Below, one piece after another: positions 23,914 through 36,726 of a stretch of 64,000 bases of DNA. Position numbers and translations under genes: made by a program. Location of the stretch: NCBI GenBank assembly GCA_050230475.1, contig JBFLGF010000150.1, positions 1 to 64,000 of the forward strand. Reading direction: 5' to 3'. The notes under the pieces are model-generated. The model was not told the DNA's origin and made no database searches. It saw only the letters and a list, made by a program, of their open reading frames with translations. This stretch comes from Ancylonema sp. Its lineage: Eukaryota. Position 1 is the first letter of the stretch; every line of letters begins with the position of its first letter.

Positions 23914-25897
23914 TTACCTAGTGACAACAAGGACCCCCATGAGCCCAAACCCAGTCTCGTAATGGACTGCAGTCGAGAACCCCGCTTCCTTTGCCATCCG
24001 CTCTTGCTCCCTCCCTGACCACATGCCTCCGTCTTCTCATCAGCTCACGTGCCCTTCAAGAGTGTGTGATGATGGATGATGTACGGAACATCCCTGTCCA
24101 AGCATTTCTAACCTCCAAATTGAGGGAAACCACCTAGACCGAATCAGCACACCCACACAACTATTCCCGCATGATCTCCGGCACAAAGCCTGGCAGTGAA
24201 CCTGTGGACAGATGCAGGGACTCACCTGTTGGGAAGCGTTCGATGGAGGGGCGCAAGTACTCGTACTCAGCTGCCATCCCCAGCCGCGTGGCAACGGGCA
24301 CCACCACGTTGTCCAGAGCGCCTCCCTACATACTCCTCACGGTTATGTTACTCGGGGGTCATGAAGGCGGGGGAGGTGAGGCGGAAACCTGACCTGCAGC
24401 GCGGCCACCCACGGATCGGTGGAGTTGTTGAAGTCTAGGATGGCTGCTGTGCAACCTGCACCGAAACAGGAGCGCCTCAGGGTCGCTGACTCGGCCAGAC
24501 GAGACGAATCCCCCTTGGCTTCCTCGGGCTCGCACCTTGTTTCAGCACCCGCCTCATTTCCGTGAGGCTCTTTGGGATGTCCACCACGTTACGCAAGCCG
24601 TAGCCCATCGTCACCGCGTCAAACAAGGAATCGTCAAAGGGCAGCGCCAGAGCGTCGCCCTCCACCCACCTATAGCCGAGGCCAGAGGACTTTGAATGGG
24701 GGCTTTTTTATGAGCACTAGAGAGCGAGGGAAGGGTTCGGCCCTCACTCCATGTGCACCTGCGAGGCCTTGAAGGACTGGTGCTGCCTCTGTCTTGCCAC
24801 AGCGAGCTGCTCTGGAGCGAAATCTAACCCCACCACCTGCTCCCACCGCCAGCTGGCACCACAGATGAGACAACGACAATACCTTGGTGTCTCTGTGAGG
24901 ACCAGTTGTTGGAGCGCACCTGTCCCGTGGGTCCCACTTTTTCTGCGGCCAGCAGAGCAATGTCTCCGCTGCCACAGCACAGGTCCAGCACCCGGCTGCC
25001 CGGCTGAGCCCTGCGAACACAGGGAGAGCGTGAGGTGAAGGTGAAGGCAAACTGGTGTGGCCAGAAGGGAGCAATGGACCAAACCCACCTGCTCCACCTT
25101 ACAGTCATGCGCTTCCAGATGCGATGCTGTCCAAGACTCAGCCAGTCGTTGAGCTGCGGCCATTCCATGTGACACTGGCTGTCAGCTTTGCATAGGCAGA
25201 AAGTGAAGGGGCGGCATACACCCACCTGGTCGTACATAGGAGCGATGTTGTTGAACAACTGCTGCCTTTCAGCACTAGCTGCCGCCATGGTTTCGGAAGA
25301 CTCCCGTCCGACCACATCAGGAGGTGCGGACGTTCTTCCTGAACGTATCAAGACTTGCCAGGCTGATTTTTTCGAACTTCTGTTAGGCTAAGGCTTAGGT
25401 GCGCTGAAGTGACCGACAATGATCTGTAAATTCTGAATTATTAGTTAGCTATCCAATCTCAAGGCCCGCCCTTCACTGCGAGGTTAAGCGTTCAAATAAA
25501 GGGTTCAGCTTCTTGAGGCAAAATTTCTGAAGAGTCCACAGCTCATTGAGTGCATAAAGTGCGCACGGAGTGTATGGAAATTCCACCTTCCACGCTAGAG
25601 CTGCTTCAAACCCTGACTATCCACTATAAACCTCGCACCATTTGGTACAGTACGGTGATCACCTTTCGCGTAGGTGTTGGCCGAGGAAAGGCCAGCACCA
25701 GAGGTTTCTGTCTCGCTTTCTAGAACTCCTCCGTCGAAGCGAGAAGCTTGTAAGCGTCTTTCAGCGAGCTTTGCCGAGGTGGACGCTACACGCCTGGATG
25801 TCGTTCTGATATTTACATCTTGTTGACGCGACAGCTCTTGCAAACGGGGTGATCTAGTATGCATCGTTCGGTAGCCACGGCAGGATATGGCAAACAT
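23914..25897 (-). CDS. MENG: MenG demethylphylloquinol methyltransferase, copy C
   Basis: Same exon structure and motifs as 6403-8397; frame intact. Confidence 0.93.
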
Positions 25898-26607
25898 CGC
25901 GCGACAAATATACTGGGCTTTGCGACGTTAGTACACTGCTGTTGGCAAGACGGCAACTGCGCAATGGGCGAAGATGCAAATTAAACAGAGAAGACCTTCA
26001 GCAACCTCGAACCGCGACATGCGGCGGATATACCGCCTCAAATGACGTTTCTACCGCTGCGTGCGGACGACAAGATGATAGATAGCTAACGTTACCGTAA
26101 TGACCGAATTTAATCTCCCTTTTTTTCTGGGGGGTAATTATTTAACGATTACCCCAAAACCTGGGAAAAACCCATAATACAAAAAGAAACTGTATTTTTC
26201 AATACAAAATAAAAAAGCCGATGAAAAACATTTTTTTTTTAACCCCTCCCTACGGATTTTGAATTAATCAGTGGGAGGTTCTATTCGGGCTTTCCGCTAA
26301 CCAGAGGAAATTTTTGACACATTACACGAGCCCATTACTCGAATGTGACGTAACGATTCGACGTAGCGAACACCTCGTCAAAGGATGACCGTACAAGGTA
26401 GTTGTTCCAAAACAGAGAGAAAGACACATTTCAAAAAATCTGATTCCCATCAAGGTGATTCGAAAAGGTGTCCGATGCGTGAAAACTATTCTGAACAACC
26501 AAAATAAGGAGTCAAAGAAAATCACGTACAATATCACGTACAATATCTAAAATATGTAAATCACGTTATACCAACCAGTTCGCAAGCGCAAAATGCATTG
26601 AGTCATA

Positions 26608-26809
26608 GTTGTTGTCGTGCCATCTAGCATCGTTTACTCCCACAAGTGTAATGTCACCGCACTAACGAATATATCGACACGTGTCTCCCCACACGGGTCA
26701 CCACACATAAAATCCACACGTGCGAACCAGCACGTGTGGATCAGTGCTCTCCACACATGCATCCCCATGCCATGCGTCTAACGAAATGCTTCTCTCCCTA
26801 TCATCAACA
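26608..26809 (+). repeat. Left long-TIR-like arm (TGCCATCTAGCATCGT family)
   Basis: Aligns over about 200 bp with the reverse complement of 31754-31955. Terminus shared with the 47141-47974 element. Confidence 0.8.
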
Positions 26810-27303
26810 GAGCCTACAGAAGAAAGCTACAGACCAGGATCGCCGTTAAAAAAACCGTCAAATATGGCAACCAAACATACTAAGATGGGATTTCCGATTT
26901 CCGTCGTCTTTCAAAAACACGCAATCCTCTCGGAAAAAAAGAGGAAGGAAGAAGAAAAAGTAATTGAGTGAACATCCACCTCCAGCCGTGGCAAAATACC
27001 CAGCTCCAGCCGTGGCCACCCGACTCTACATCCAACTGTCTGTCCAGCCAGCACCATCTCATTGCCATCACCTTCGTCTTGCGCAGTTTTTCGTGCCCTA
27101 AAAAAGTTGGAGGCTTCAGTCTGAACCGGGAATGGGAACCCGATGGTGTTGCCTATAACGAACAATAGTCAACGACGGTCGCCAAGCAAGCTCGCCGGTC
27201 AACAACTTTGATGACGTGTGACTCGGGTGACTCGTGAGCCACTAGACGCACACGCGCATGTCACTAGGTGTTCTGGCCAACGATACATTTTCTCGATCGA
27301 GTG

Positions 27304-30300
27304 ATGGCCACAGCGCCACTTGGCCACTTGGTCCTCCTCGCAGAGCCATCGAAACCTGCCCAGGGCTCAGGGCTAGAAAAGCTCGTGAGCTTCTTCAGGC
27401 CAGATCACATATTTGTCAATTTTGCGCCACTACTCAGCCATTTTTTGTCACAGTCTTCGTGCGGACAATTGTTTTGCTCTCTTCGTCAGGTAGTATCACC
27501 GCCGTCGCAGATTCCAGTTTCCAACATGCAGGCTATTCAGGTGTGTTTTAAAGCGATGAAAATTCACACATATCATATTTGTGTCTTCTTCTATCCACTT
27601 AATTTTGTCACCATGATAACGATACGACCGAAAATCAAACGAATCGCCCAGTGCATCTTCTTTAATTTAATAAGTTTTGAATCGATCACCTGAGTCAGTC
27701 ATTTATCCTGGAAAAATCATAATGTGAGCTGATCCCGCCTCGACAGTACACCGGAAGTGGTGGGGGAGACTCGTGAGCTAGGGCACAGCGTAAACCATAA
27801 TCTCAAACTCCTGCTGTCGTTTTGTTTGAACTTAGCGAATCGAAGATGGCGTAAAACCATATTCGTTTTTACAAACAGTATATTGGGTATGGAAGAAGAT
27901 ACGGTCGCTGCCTATGACAGTAGTCCACTCTGTAGCAGTGAATTCGAATGCAGAGTTCTTGGCAATCTCTACTCGTACTCATCTCCCGAACGTGATTGGC
28001 GGAGAGCGCGATTGTTCCTCAATTCGACCTTGCATTGAGCACTGCCTCGCCTCCTTTTCATTTTCATTTGCTCCAGATCAGGAAGTTGGAGGGGCCCGAC
28101 AAGTTGTTGGACAACATTTCTTTGGTCACCGACCTGCCCATCCCCTCCCCAGGCCCTGGCGAGGTTCTCATCCGACTCCAGTGAGTGAATCGGATTCGAG
28201 TCCACCCTCTACCGTCTGCCATTCCGATACATTGTGCTTGCCACCTCATGCCACCTCTGTCCAAAAACGAACAAATTCAGGAGCACTGGTCACCTCAACC
28301 AACAAATGTTGTACCAACAAACCAGCGAAAATAGATATAGAGAACCAACATCTAAGCATCGCAGGCAACTGTCAACACACCCCAGCAACCCCCCCTCCCC
28401 CCTCCCCCTCTCTGCTCCCCTCGACCAGTGTCCGCCCCATAGACCCTGCCGATATTTTCTCCCTCATGGGTGTCTACCCGGGGTTCAGTCCAACCACCTT
28501 CCCTGCCGTCCCCGGACTGGAGGGAGCTGGGGTGGTGGTACAGGTGGGGCAGAGGGGGGGGAGGATGCAATTCCTGTAGCACCACCCGTGGGGCAGATGC
28601 ACTTTGGAGTCCGAGCTCAGATTGTTCAGCCAAACCTTCATAGGGCAGTGTGTGCTTCATTTTTTTTCAAAAAATTGCGATTACATCACAGAAGCAGGAG
28701 AGAGGGAACATGGATTAGGGTTTTAGGGTTTTATGGAGGCAACTCAGTTTCTTATTCATTTTGTATCCATTTATGTTGTTATATGTGTGTGTGTGTGGGT
28801 TTGTTTGCAGGTGGGGGAGGGCGTATCTTAATTCAGCAAAGGGCAGCGGGTGACCCCCTTTCTTGCGGTGGAGTACACCAAGAAGGGCAACGGGTCGTGG
28901 CAGGAGTTTGTGGTGGTGAAGGTGGCTGACGTCATCGCAGTACCCGATGATGTCAGCGACGCCTCTGCCTCGCAATTCGTCGTTAATCCCCTCACAGGTC
29001 AGGCACTTTCCGGATGCTTGCCCGAGCCAGGAGGGTGTGAATAGCGACCGGGAGCTGAATATGAGGGGTTGTACTGCTCTGCCTGAGTATCTATTTCAGA
29101 ATACGTTCCAGTTCGGTGACCAAAGTAATCCCAAAAATGTTTATGAAGAAAGTGACCAACAGCCAACCTGAGAGGGTCCCAGAATCCAACCGAATTCCCC
29201 CCCATATCTGGCAGTGGTTGGCATGCTGCGCACGCTGAACGCACCTGCGGGCGAGTATGTGCTGCAAACCGCGGCTGGATCAGTCCTCGGGCGGCAATTC
29301 ATCGCTGTGGCAAAGCACCTGGGAGTGAAGGTGAGCTTGTTTTGCGTATAGATGGGGGGGGGAAGGGGGCGATACCTGATGCGGGTGAGGGGGGAGATGA
29401 ATAGCTCAGATGAGGTCCTGTTGCAGTATGGGATCCTGAGAATGTGATTGCCCTCTCTCTGGTTTGCATGGGGTGAGAGGAATGAGTGGTTGTGGTGGCC
29501 GGTGAAGGGAGAAGGTGTGGGTTGCAGAATACAAAAATCAAATTGCCACGTCCAACATGAGAGAGAAAGAAATCACTATTCACACGAAAAAAAAAAGGGA
29601 AAAAAATGCAACAACATACCCCATCGGAGTACAACTCTTAAAAAAATGAAACAGGATTGGTTCTGGTGACTCACACCATTCTCCTTTTTCCCCGCCCCTC
29701 CTCTCTTCCTGCAGACAATCAACATCGTGCGGAGGAGCGCTCAGATCCAAGAGCTCAAGTCGCTCGGAGCAGACGAGGTGCTCTGCTCGGCAGAAGTCGA
29801 TGTGGCGGCAAGAGTGAAGGAGATCACAGGAGGGAAGGGCGCTTACGGTGCAATCGAGAGCGTGGGGGGCGACCTGTTTGAGGTACATTTTTGTGTGTTT
29901 TTTTTCTGTATTTTGTGCGGTGTGGTGAGTCAGGACACCGCGTTAGAATGGGAGAACAAGCGGACAAAGTATATGAGAAAAAGCACAGGATATGGAGCAT
30001 GTCCACAAAATTTATAGAATTCGTTATCAAAAAGATTCAAGTTCGAGTATGCAGATATTGAGCAGCAACAGTCTGAATACAACATGAACTCCCCCCCTCA
30101 CCCCACCCCATCCCCCCCCCATCCCCCCTCCCCCCTTCCCATAGACGGTTGCTTCCTGTGTGCGTGACGAAGGACAGGTTCTTCTTTACGGAGCCATGTC
30201 CGGATTGACTTTTTCAGTCGGCATTCCGGATGTGCTGTTCAGGTGGGCTGAGGGTGATGTTGTGCTCAAGGGGGGACGTTATCGTCCAGTTCCTTGAATT

Positions 30301-31061
30301 GTCAGACCGAATTGGTGTTTTTTTTTTTTTTTTTTAATGGGGTGAATGGGAATTGGCTTATTTTTTAATGCTCCTGCAGATTCACTCATCGGGGAGAATT
30401 TACATATATTTTGAAGAAATGGTCCGGTCTAGAAATACCAACAGACATGTGGAAGCAGACTAATGTGATGTGGTCAGTTTGGTGTAGCAGATGTTACGTA
30501 AATAAATAATTTATGATAAAATGATTGCTTCAAAAATGGTGAATAATCAACTGTATATTGAATATCATAATTGTCTTCCTTGTGAAGCATAGCTAAGGTG
30601 ATAATATGACGGCCATGTGTTGCGTGCAGATATGTTTCGGTACGCGGGTTTTGGGTGTCTCCATATGTAGAAAAAATGAGTTCAGAGGAGAAGCTAGAGT
30701 TGTTCACGTACACGATGAAATTGTTGGAAGACAAAGTGATCGAGCCGTTCTCGGGACAAACTGTTAAGCTCTCGGAATTTGCGGATGCAGTGAAGAAGCA
30801 AAACGTGAGTACCGTTGTGAACCATGTGGTGGTGGTTGCCTGCCTCATTTCCGTGTACAGCTAGCATGTTTCAAAAACACAACAAAACATGTTATCTTTC
30901 AATTGCAGTCGGTACGCTCCGCAGAAGTCTCCGTTTGTGTTCTTGTCCGGTAGTGAGCACGAACTCCTCACTGAACATCGAGAATGATGTCGTTTATCGA
31001 CTTTTTGTGGTTGCATATGCAGACCGAAGGCCGAGGTGGAAAGTTTTTGCTCGTCGATTAG
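27304..31061 (+). pseudogene. Zinc-independent MDR-family NAD(P)H oxidoreductase (enoyl-thioester reductase / quinone reductase-like) with in-frame TAA at 28829-28831; null allele or sequence error
   Basis: Spliced MQAIQ|IRKL..PSPGPGEVLIRL|..RPIDPADIFSLMGVYP..PAVPGLEGAGVVVQ|VGEGVS*FSKGQRV..GSWQEFV..ASQFVVNPLT|..YVLQTAAGSVLGRQ..|TINIVRR..LGADEV..GGKGAYGAIESVGG|..LYGAMSG..|..GFWVS..|..GGKFLLVD*. Introns GT-AG. Confidence 0.85.
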
Positions 31062-31753
31062 GATCTGTAGAAGAGATGTGTTGCGCCGCCACTTGCAATC
31101 AAAAACCGGTGCAGGCGATAGTGGTGCAAGTTGTTTTACGATATAACTGGTTGGCAGGAGTCGTAGAGGATTACGGGAAGCCCGGCGGATCCGTAGGTGG
31201 CGGTGCATGATGTTGCACGCGCGCACACTTGTCAAAACTTCACAGTTGAGAAATGGTACGGACATTAGTCATGATTGCGTGAAATAGCAATGCGTAGTTG
31301 CATTTGTCATGAGCGTGCGGAATACTTGGACGAGAAGTATTCGTGCGAGCGCGAGACGGCAAGTTAGCTTTTCGAAAGACTTGGCCGTAGCTGCAACGCA
31401 GGACCTTACATGACCTACCTCTCTGTAACACTCTGACCCTCATCGTTTTAGAGTGTGCCCGGTGGTATTCAGCGCTTTCCTTGCATTCACTGTGCATTGT
31501 CATCGCGATGTCTGCATCTTGGCTTGTACATGCATTAAATTTCTAATTGCGATTCGTACGAGTGACTAATCGGGTAATTTGGCGATCGATAGGGCTCACA
31601 CCAGTATTTCATTAGTATTCAGAGTATCCGCATTCTTTACAGTTTCGAACATCCACGTGCAGAACTCAAGCGATACCTTGCCTTGTGTAAATTTATAACA
31701 ATTTTGGTGCAAATGGTGTAGGTGTGTACAAGTTGTGCGCTTGCACTCGATGG

Positions 31754-31955
31754 TGTAGATGATGGAGAGAGATGCATTTCGTTAGACACATGGCATGGGT
31801 ATGTATGTGTAGAGAACATTAGTCCGCGATTTCGCACGAGTGAGGTGAAATTCGTTACTAGCTATTTTCACACGTGTGGGGAGACATGTGACGATATGTT
31901 CGTCATTGCTCTGGCATTACACGTGTGGGAGTAGACGATGCTAGATGGCACAACA
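31754..31955 (-). repeat. Right long-TIR-like arm, inverted relative to 26608-26809
   Basis: Reverse complement reads gttgtgccatctagcatcgtctactcccacacgtgtaatg...catgccatgtgtctaacgaaatgcatctctctccatcatctaca. Confidence 0.8.
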
Positions 31956-32242
31956 CGTCCAATCAGACGTCAGCAGTTTCGTGCGATGCATATTACGGCA
32001 TAATTACTTTTTGAAAATTCAGGTTTTGACCCAGAATTTGATATTTCGCTGCGAACTGTAGTCCACTCCGCCCAAACTAACATTTCGCAATTGTGAGCGT
32101 TGTACTAAATTGTATCGACGAATCTCGCATGTTTGATATCGTAGAACCAACCAGAGTTTGATGTCATGTGGCTTAAGAAGAAGTTATCTCTCCACAATGT
32201 GATTGGTCATTATGTGCGTTATCATGATGCTTGACATAAAAC

Positions 32243-32317
32243 ATAATTATAGAAGTCAAGTGATATCACTTGACTTCTATAATTATATATTTATATATCA
32301 TGTGGATATCCACATGA
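32243..32317. repeat. Two adjacent perfect palindromes (44 bp and 20 bp), both centred on GATATC
   Basis: ataattatagaagtcaagtgat|atcacttgacttctataattat (32243-32286) and tcatgtggat|atccacatga (32298-32317). Confidence 0.95.
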
Positions 32318-34049
32318 AACCTTGGAAGTGCAATAACAATACCATGAGATGAACGTGTGCCCCATTTGCAATACAAATGTGGAGGGAACATGTAAATACA
32401 TATCATAAGACTCCAAAATTTGATTGGTCAAAGCAAGAAGAAACTTTTGGTGTAATTTTTTTAATTCGCTCTAAATCTTGATTTATGCCACTTTTCAAAA
32501 ACCCAGAAGGCTTTGAGTCCAATCCTCCACTTTTTTTTTTGGGGTCCAGGTTGAATCTGGGACCGACTTTCGGGTCCTCTCCGTGCAACTATGGTCATAT
32601 TTTCCTTGATTTCTGTGTAAAGCATTTACCCGGGTCACGATGTCAATCACGCTCATTTTTACATGAAGCGAAAATGCGCCGAAAAACAACGACACAATTC
32701 TAGTGCCTATTGCCAAGACTGGAGCTTCAAAGATCTATGCACAAGTCCTCGTTACCAAATTTATTGAATCCTCAGTTGCACGGTGGATGGTGAAGCATTG
32801 CTTTAGGTGATAAATTTTGAGTGATGGGAAGGAGAGGAGAAGAGAGTTTGAGGTGACTCAGTGAATACATATGTTATGGCTCGAGGTGAGCTTCTCATTA
32901 GTAATGCAAATTTGATGAATTGCAGAATCATAGTCGAGAAAAGCTATGACGACTATCTTGAATGTGGTTGGGAGCCGCTGACAAGCCGCACAATATCTCA
33001 CTACACTGCAAAGCATGTTCGTGTGTGCGACGTGTGACGTGTGACGTGTTGTGCGACGATTGCCATACCTAGTAGAAACAACACACAAAAAAGCTGTGGC
33101 TGCCAAAGTGGACGGTGTTTGGGATCGCGCCCCAAGCACATAGGGACTCCGCTGTGTACACCTTCAGACACTAAGAGGCTTTTCAATAGGACGGTTCACA
33201 ATCCCGCAGGCATCGGCAGTATTGCACATGCGGGGCTCATTGATTATTTCGCGTGGCAGCTCTAGACAAGCGCCGGTCTGTTTGATCAAAACCAATCAGC
33301 ACACCAGTTTGAGGGCCTCCAAAGTTAGCCTAACTTTCAAATGTGCCGACCTCCTCTCCATCGATTCGCGTTTTCTACGAGTACCATACGACTCCTCTAG
33401 AGAGGCTAAGTCTAAGCCTTCTGTCGAAAGGACTAGACTTGTGTCGAGTGTGAAGTAGTGAGAGATGAAGCCATGTACCAATATACACAAAATGAGTCAC
33501 AACTAGTAAGTCATAATTAAATTCATCACCAAACATTGTTGTCGGAATCAAATCATTCACACCGGCTTGTCATAGGCACCAGAAGGTCACCATCCCTACC
33601 GAACTACTCACGTGGAATTTAGAAACGCTGCACTGCACTATCACCAAGGATGCTGACATCTCCTCCATGTCGACTTGAACCAAACCGACCGTACCTGCAG
33701 AGTGAGGCCGAGTACCTTCTCGAACGCTTGCTACTTACTTCAAATCTAGGTCATGACTCATCGCCATTTGACATTGTTAAGGTATACAACACTCCGCCCG
33801 AGATGCCCTATTTCAGGAGAATCGCCTTCCAAATATAGAAGGTAGAGATGCCCTATTCCGTAACACACAATCCACCTTTCATTGACGTATTTGTAGGATT
33901 TTTCTAACGAAAAAAAAACTATCGGCTAAAACGACTATCAAAGAGAGACCGGGATAGGAAGCCGAGCGCTTCCAATTCGAAAAGTGCACTAACCCATGCC
34001 AGCACAACAAAAAAATCGAGTAAAAAGTACTCAAGCACTCGCTTGTCAT

Positions 34050-36726
34050 CTACATCCCCACACTCTTTTGTGTCTTCTGGATGTAGTTCAAGAGCATCCA
34101 CGTCATCTGCGAGCACCGCCAGGCACCATCCGTTTTGGGGCAACGTCAGGGGGACTCTCAGATGAAGCACACGTGTGCATTGCCGATGCGCGTGTGACTG
34201 CCTAGGTATGTTGAGTATTCCATGCTTTGGGAGGTATGGAGGTCCGATTTCTTGCAAGACTCGAAACACATACGGTGGAGGTTTCCCAAGTTTCTATCAC
34301 TTTTTGGTAGACCCTAAAGCCACCTAGTGACTGCAATGGCTGCAATTTCCCATTCACATACAACCATTCCCGTATTTTACTCAACAAACTGAATTTTGAG
34401 ATGGTTCAGGTGTGTTGTTGTGCACCGAGGCACTTTTTATTTGTCTCCGTCTTAGAAACGGCCTTCCAGAGGCACATACCATGACGTGGGGAGCAATACG
34501 TATGCAGTACGTTCCAAATCCGGTGTAGAATTTCATGGGTCCACCGGCAGCAAAGGTCTTCATCGCGCAGTCTAGAGAGCCGGAGTAGGGCAGCTTGCCA
34601 TCCGGACCCGGGGTCTGCTGCTGCATCTGCGTCTTCACGTAGTCAAAAGGCAGACTGCACGCGGCAGCAAAGAATCCTGAGATGGCACTGGCACCTGCGC
34701 AACCACCACGCCAGTCTGTCAGGTTTGTAGACATCCTTGTGATGCATGTGTGATTCTCTAGAGATGTCATAGTTGCTGGTTGTACGTCAGAACATAAGAC
34801 GTTGCAGGACATGCGCGCCGACCATAAAAGAAGCACGGAGCTTCGCTGAAGGTGGCAGAGTTGAGAAGCGGTATTCATAGTCCCCGACATCACACACCCT
34901 TCGCCATAACGGCGGCAAACTGTAAGAGATACACTCTCTCACTCAAAACACTCCCAAAATACCTATCAGCCCATGTGCAACACTCACCTCCAGAGTATGT
35001 TAGGAAGTCTACAATTTGTGCTTTTCACAGACCATTTGATACCTGTCCGCGCCTGGATCACAGTTTGGAAATGAAGTATGCACACCCACTCCCTCTCGCA
35101 ATAGTCTTGAGTTCAAACTCTGTACGGAAAACATCCTTTATCCCACGCACCCAGAACATCATGTGATGGTCTTACCCAGCACTGTCGGTATTTCAGTGAA
35201 GCCCATTGAGTCCTTGAGCAACTCCGCAGACTGGTCGTAGGAGGCAAGCATCCCCATATTGAGAGCCATGGCCCGCACAATGGTTGGCCCGCACCCCTTC
35301 CAAAGCGCCAGCACTCCTTCTTCCTTGGCTATGGTAGAGAGGGCCCCAAAGGCATTCCCATAGTTTCTCCTCTCGGCTATGGGAAGCATAGAGTTGGCCT
35401 GCACCCGAATGAGTGCCAGATCGGAAGGACTGCCGACAGAGGCACCAATGGCACCAGCTGTCAAGCCGCACAACGCCTTCTGGTAAAGCGGTAGTGGCTT
35501 GCCGTCATTGGCATCCACAGCTTTAGCAGAGAGCCACCTGTATTCCCAAGCGTGCCAAAAAGTGTCAGGCGGAGACAAACCCTGAACTGAAAAGGCTCCA
35601 AATATACGGAAACCAAGGGTGCCACATTCTATCTGATTTGGAGCTCCTGCTGAACTCTGAAGTGCGATATCATGCAGATCAGCCCCCACCGTCGTCATGC
35701 AGATCAAATTGAAAGAAGGCGACATCCACAAGCTACAGGTAGTATCATTGGTGCCATGGCTGACAAGGACATTGTATGGACTAGCAGGCCTGTTTATTTC
35801 GTGGTGCGATCCCGTGCTGTGTGGTGGTGATATTTCTGATCTGTTCCATTTCGAAAGATCTAAGCTCTGCTTCGGCACGGACGTGATAAAAGGTTGAGAG
35901 GTCCAGAAATATATATAGGTGTTTAAGTGGCACATATAACCGTCTGAGGCAGATAACTGAGTTCCGAAATGTACTTGAAGCTCCCAAGACGGGCAGTTGT
36001 GTATGTTGCTTGCCGCAGGAGGCCAGCAGATAGACCCTGAAGAACATACAGAGGAGGAAATCTAGATTTACGAAACGGACAGCTGACTTTGTCATTTTCG
36101 TGGCCAAGGCCTGAGGTTTGCCTCATGTCGATGTATGTCAAATGTAATGATGCAATGACCAAACCTCAGTGGAAAATAGGCACAGCTATGCTTGCGAGCC
36201 CTGACTGTGCAGATTTGTCGGGATTCTTGCGCAGGTTGGACTCACCAGAAGAGTTTGCGAAATCCGGGATGCAGCACTATCTCCATAAAGATTCGAAAAC
36301 TCTTATGCAAGGTGCCATTACATACGAGCCATTAAGATCAGTTAAATATGCCTAGATTATAATTCCAGCGTGAACCTTTCAGTCTTCAAGCACAATCTTG
36401 ACAGAGCTTCCTGACCTCCTTACCTTGTACATGGATCCAAACCCCTCCTCTGCGATCATCTTATTCGCGACAGCCATGGGAGATCCACCACTGATCTGAA
36501 TGCGGACCTGCAACGACGACCACCGATCAAAGCGTCATATAATGTAAAAATCACCGTCTGTGGCCGAAGCCGTGAAGATCTCAGTGATGGCAGCAGTCGC
36601 ATAACACAGTACCTTAACCATATCGACTGGTTGAATAACGCATGTGGCTCCCATTCCTGCCAAGCCTCCATTGAGAAAGGGCTTCACGGCAGTCCACACG
36701 GGATTCAGGGGCTTCTTCTCAGACAT
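34050..36726 (-). CDS. DTC: Mitochondrial dicarboxylate/tricarboxylate carrier (SLC25 family)
   Basis: MSEKK..VKPFLNGGLAGMGATCVIQPVDMVK|VRIQ..|GLSAGLLRQATYTTARLGSF|..GSPSDLALIRVQ..GPTIVRAMALNMGMLASYDQ..|..SLPFDYVKTQMQ..YCIRIAPHVM|MTWMLLNYIQKTQKSVGM*. Three PxDxxK/R-type carrier motifs. Confidence 0.95.

Noticed and set aside
28829..28831. Alternative genetic code (TAA read as Gln)
   Set aside because: TAA and TAG terminate MENG, kinesin, DTC, VOC and MDR at the expected C-termini, and only one internal stop was seen.
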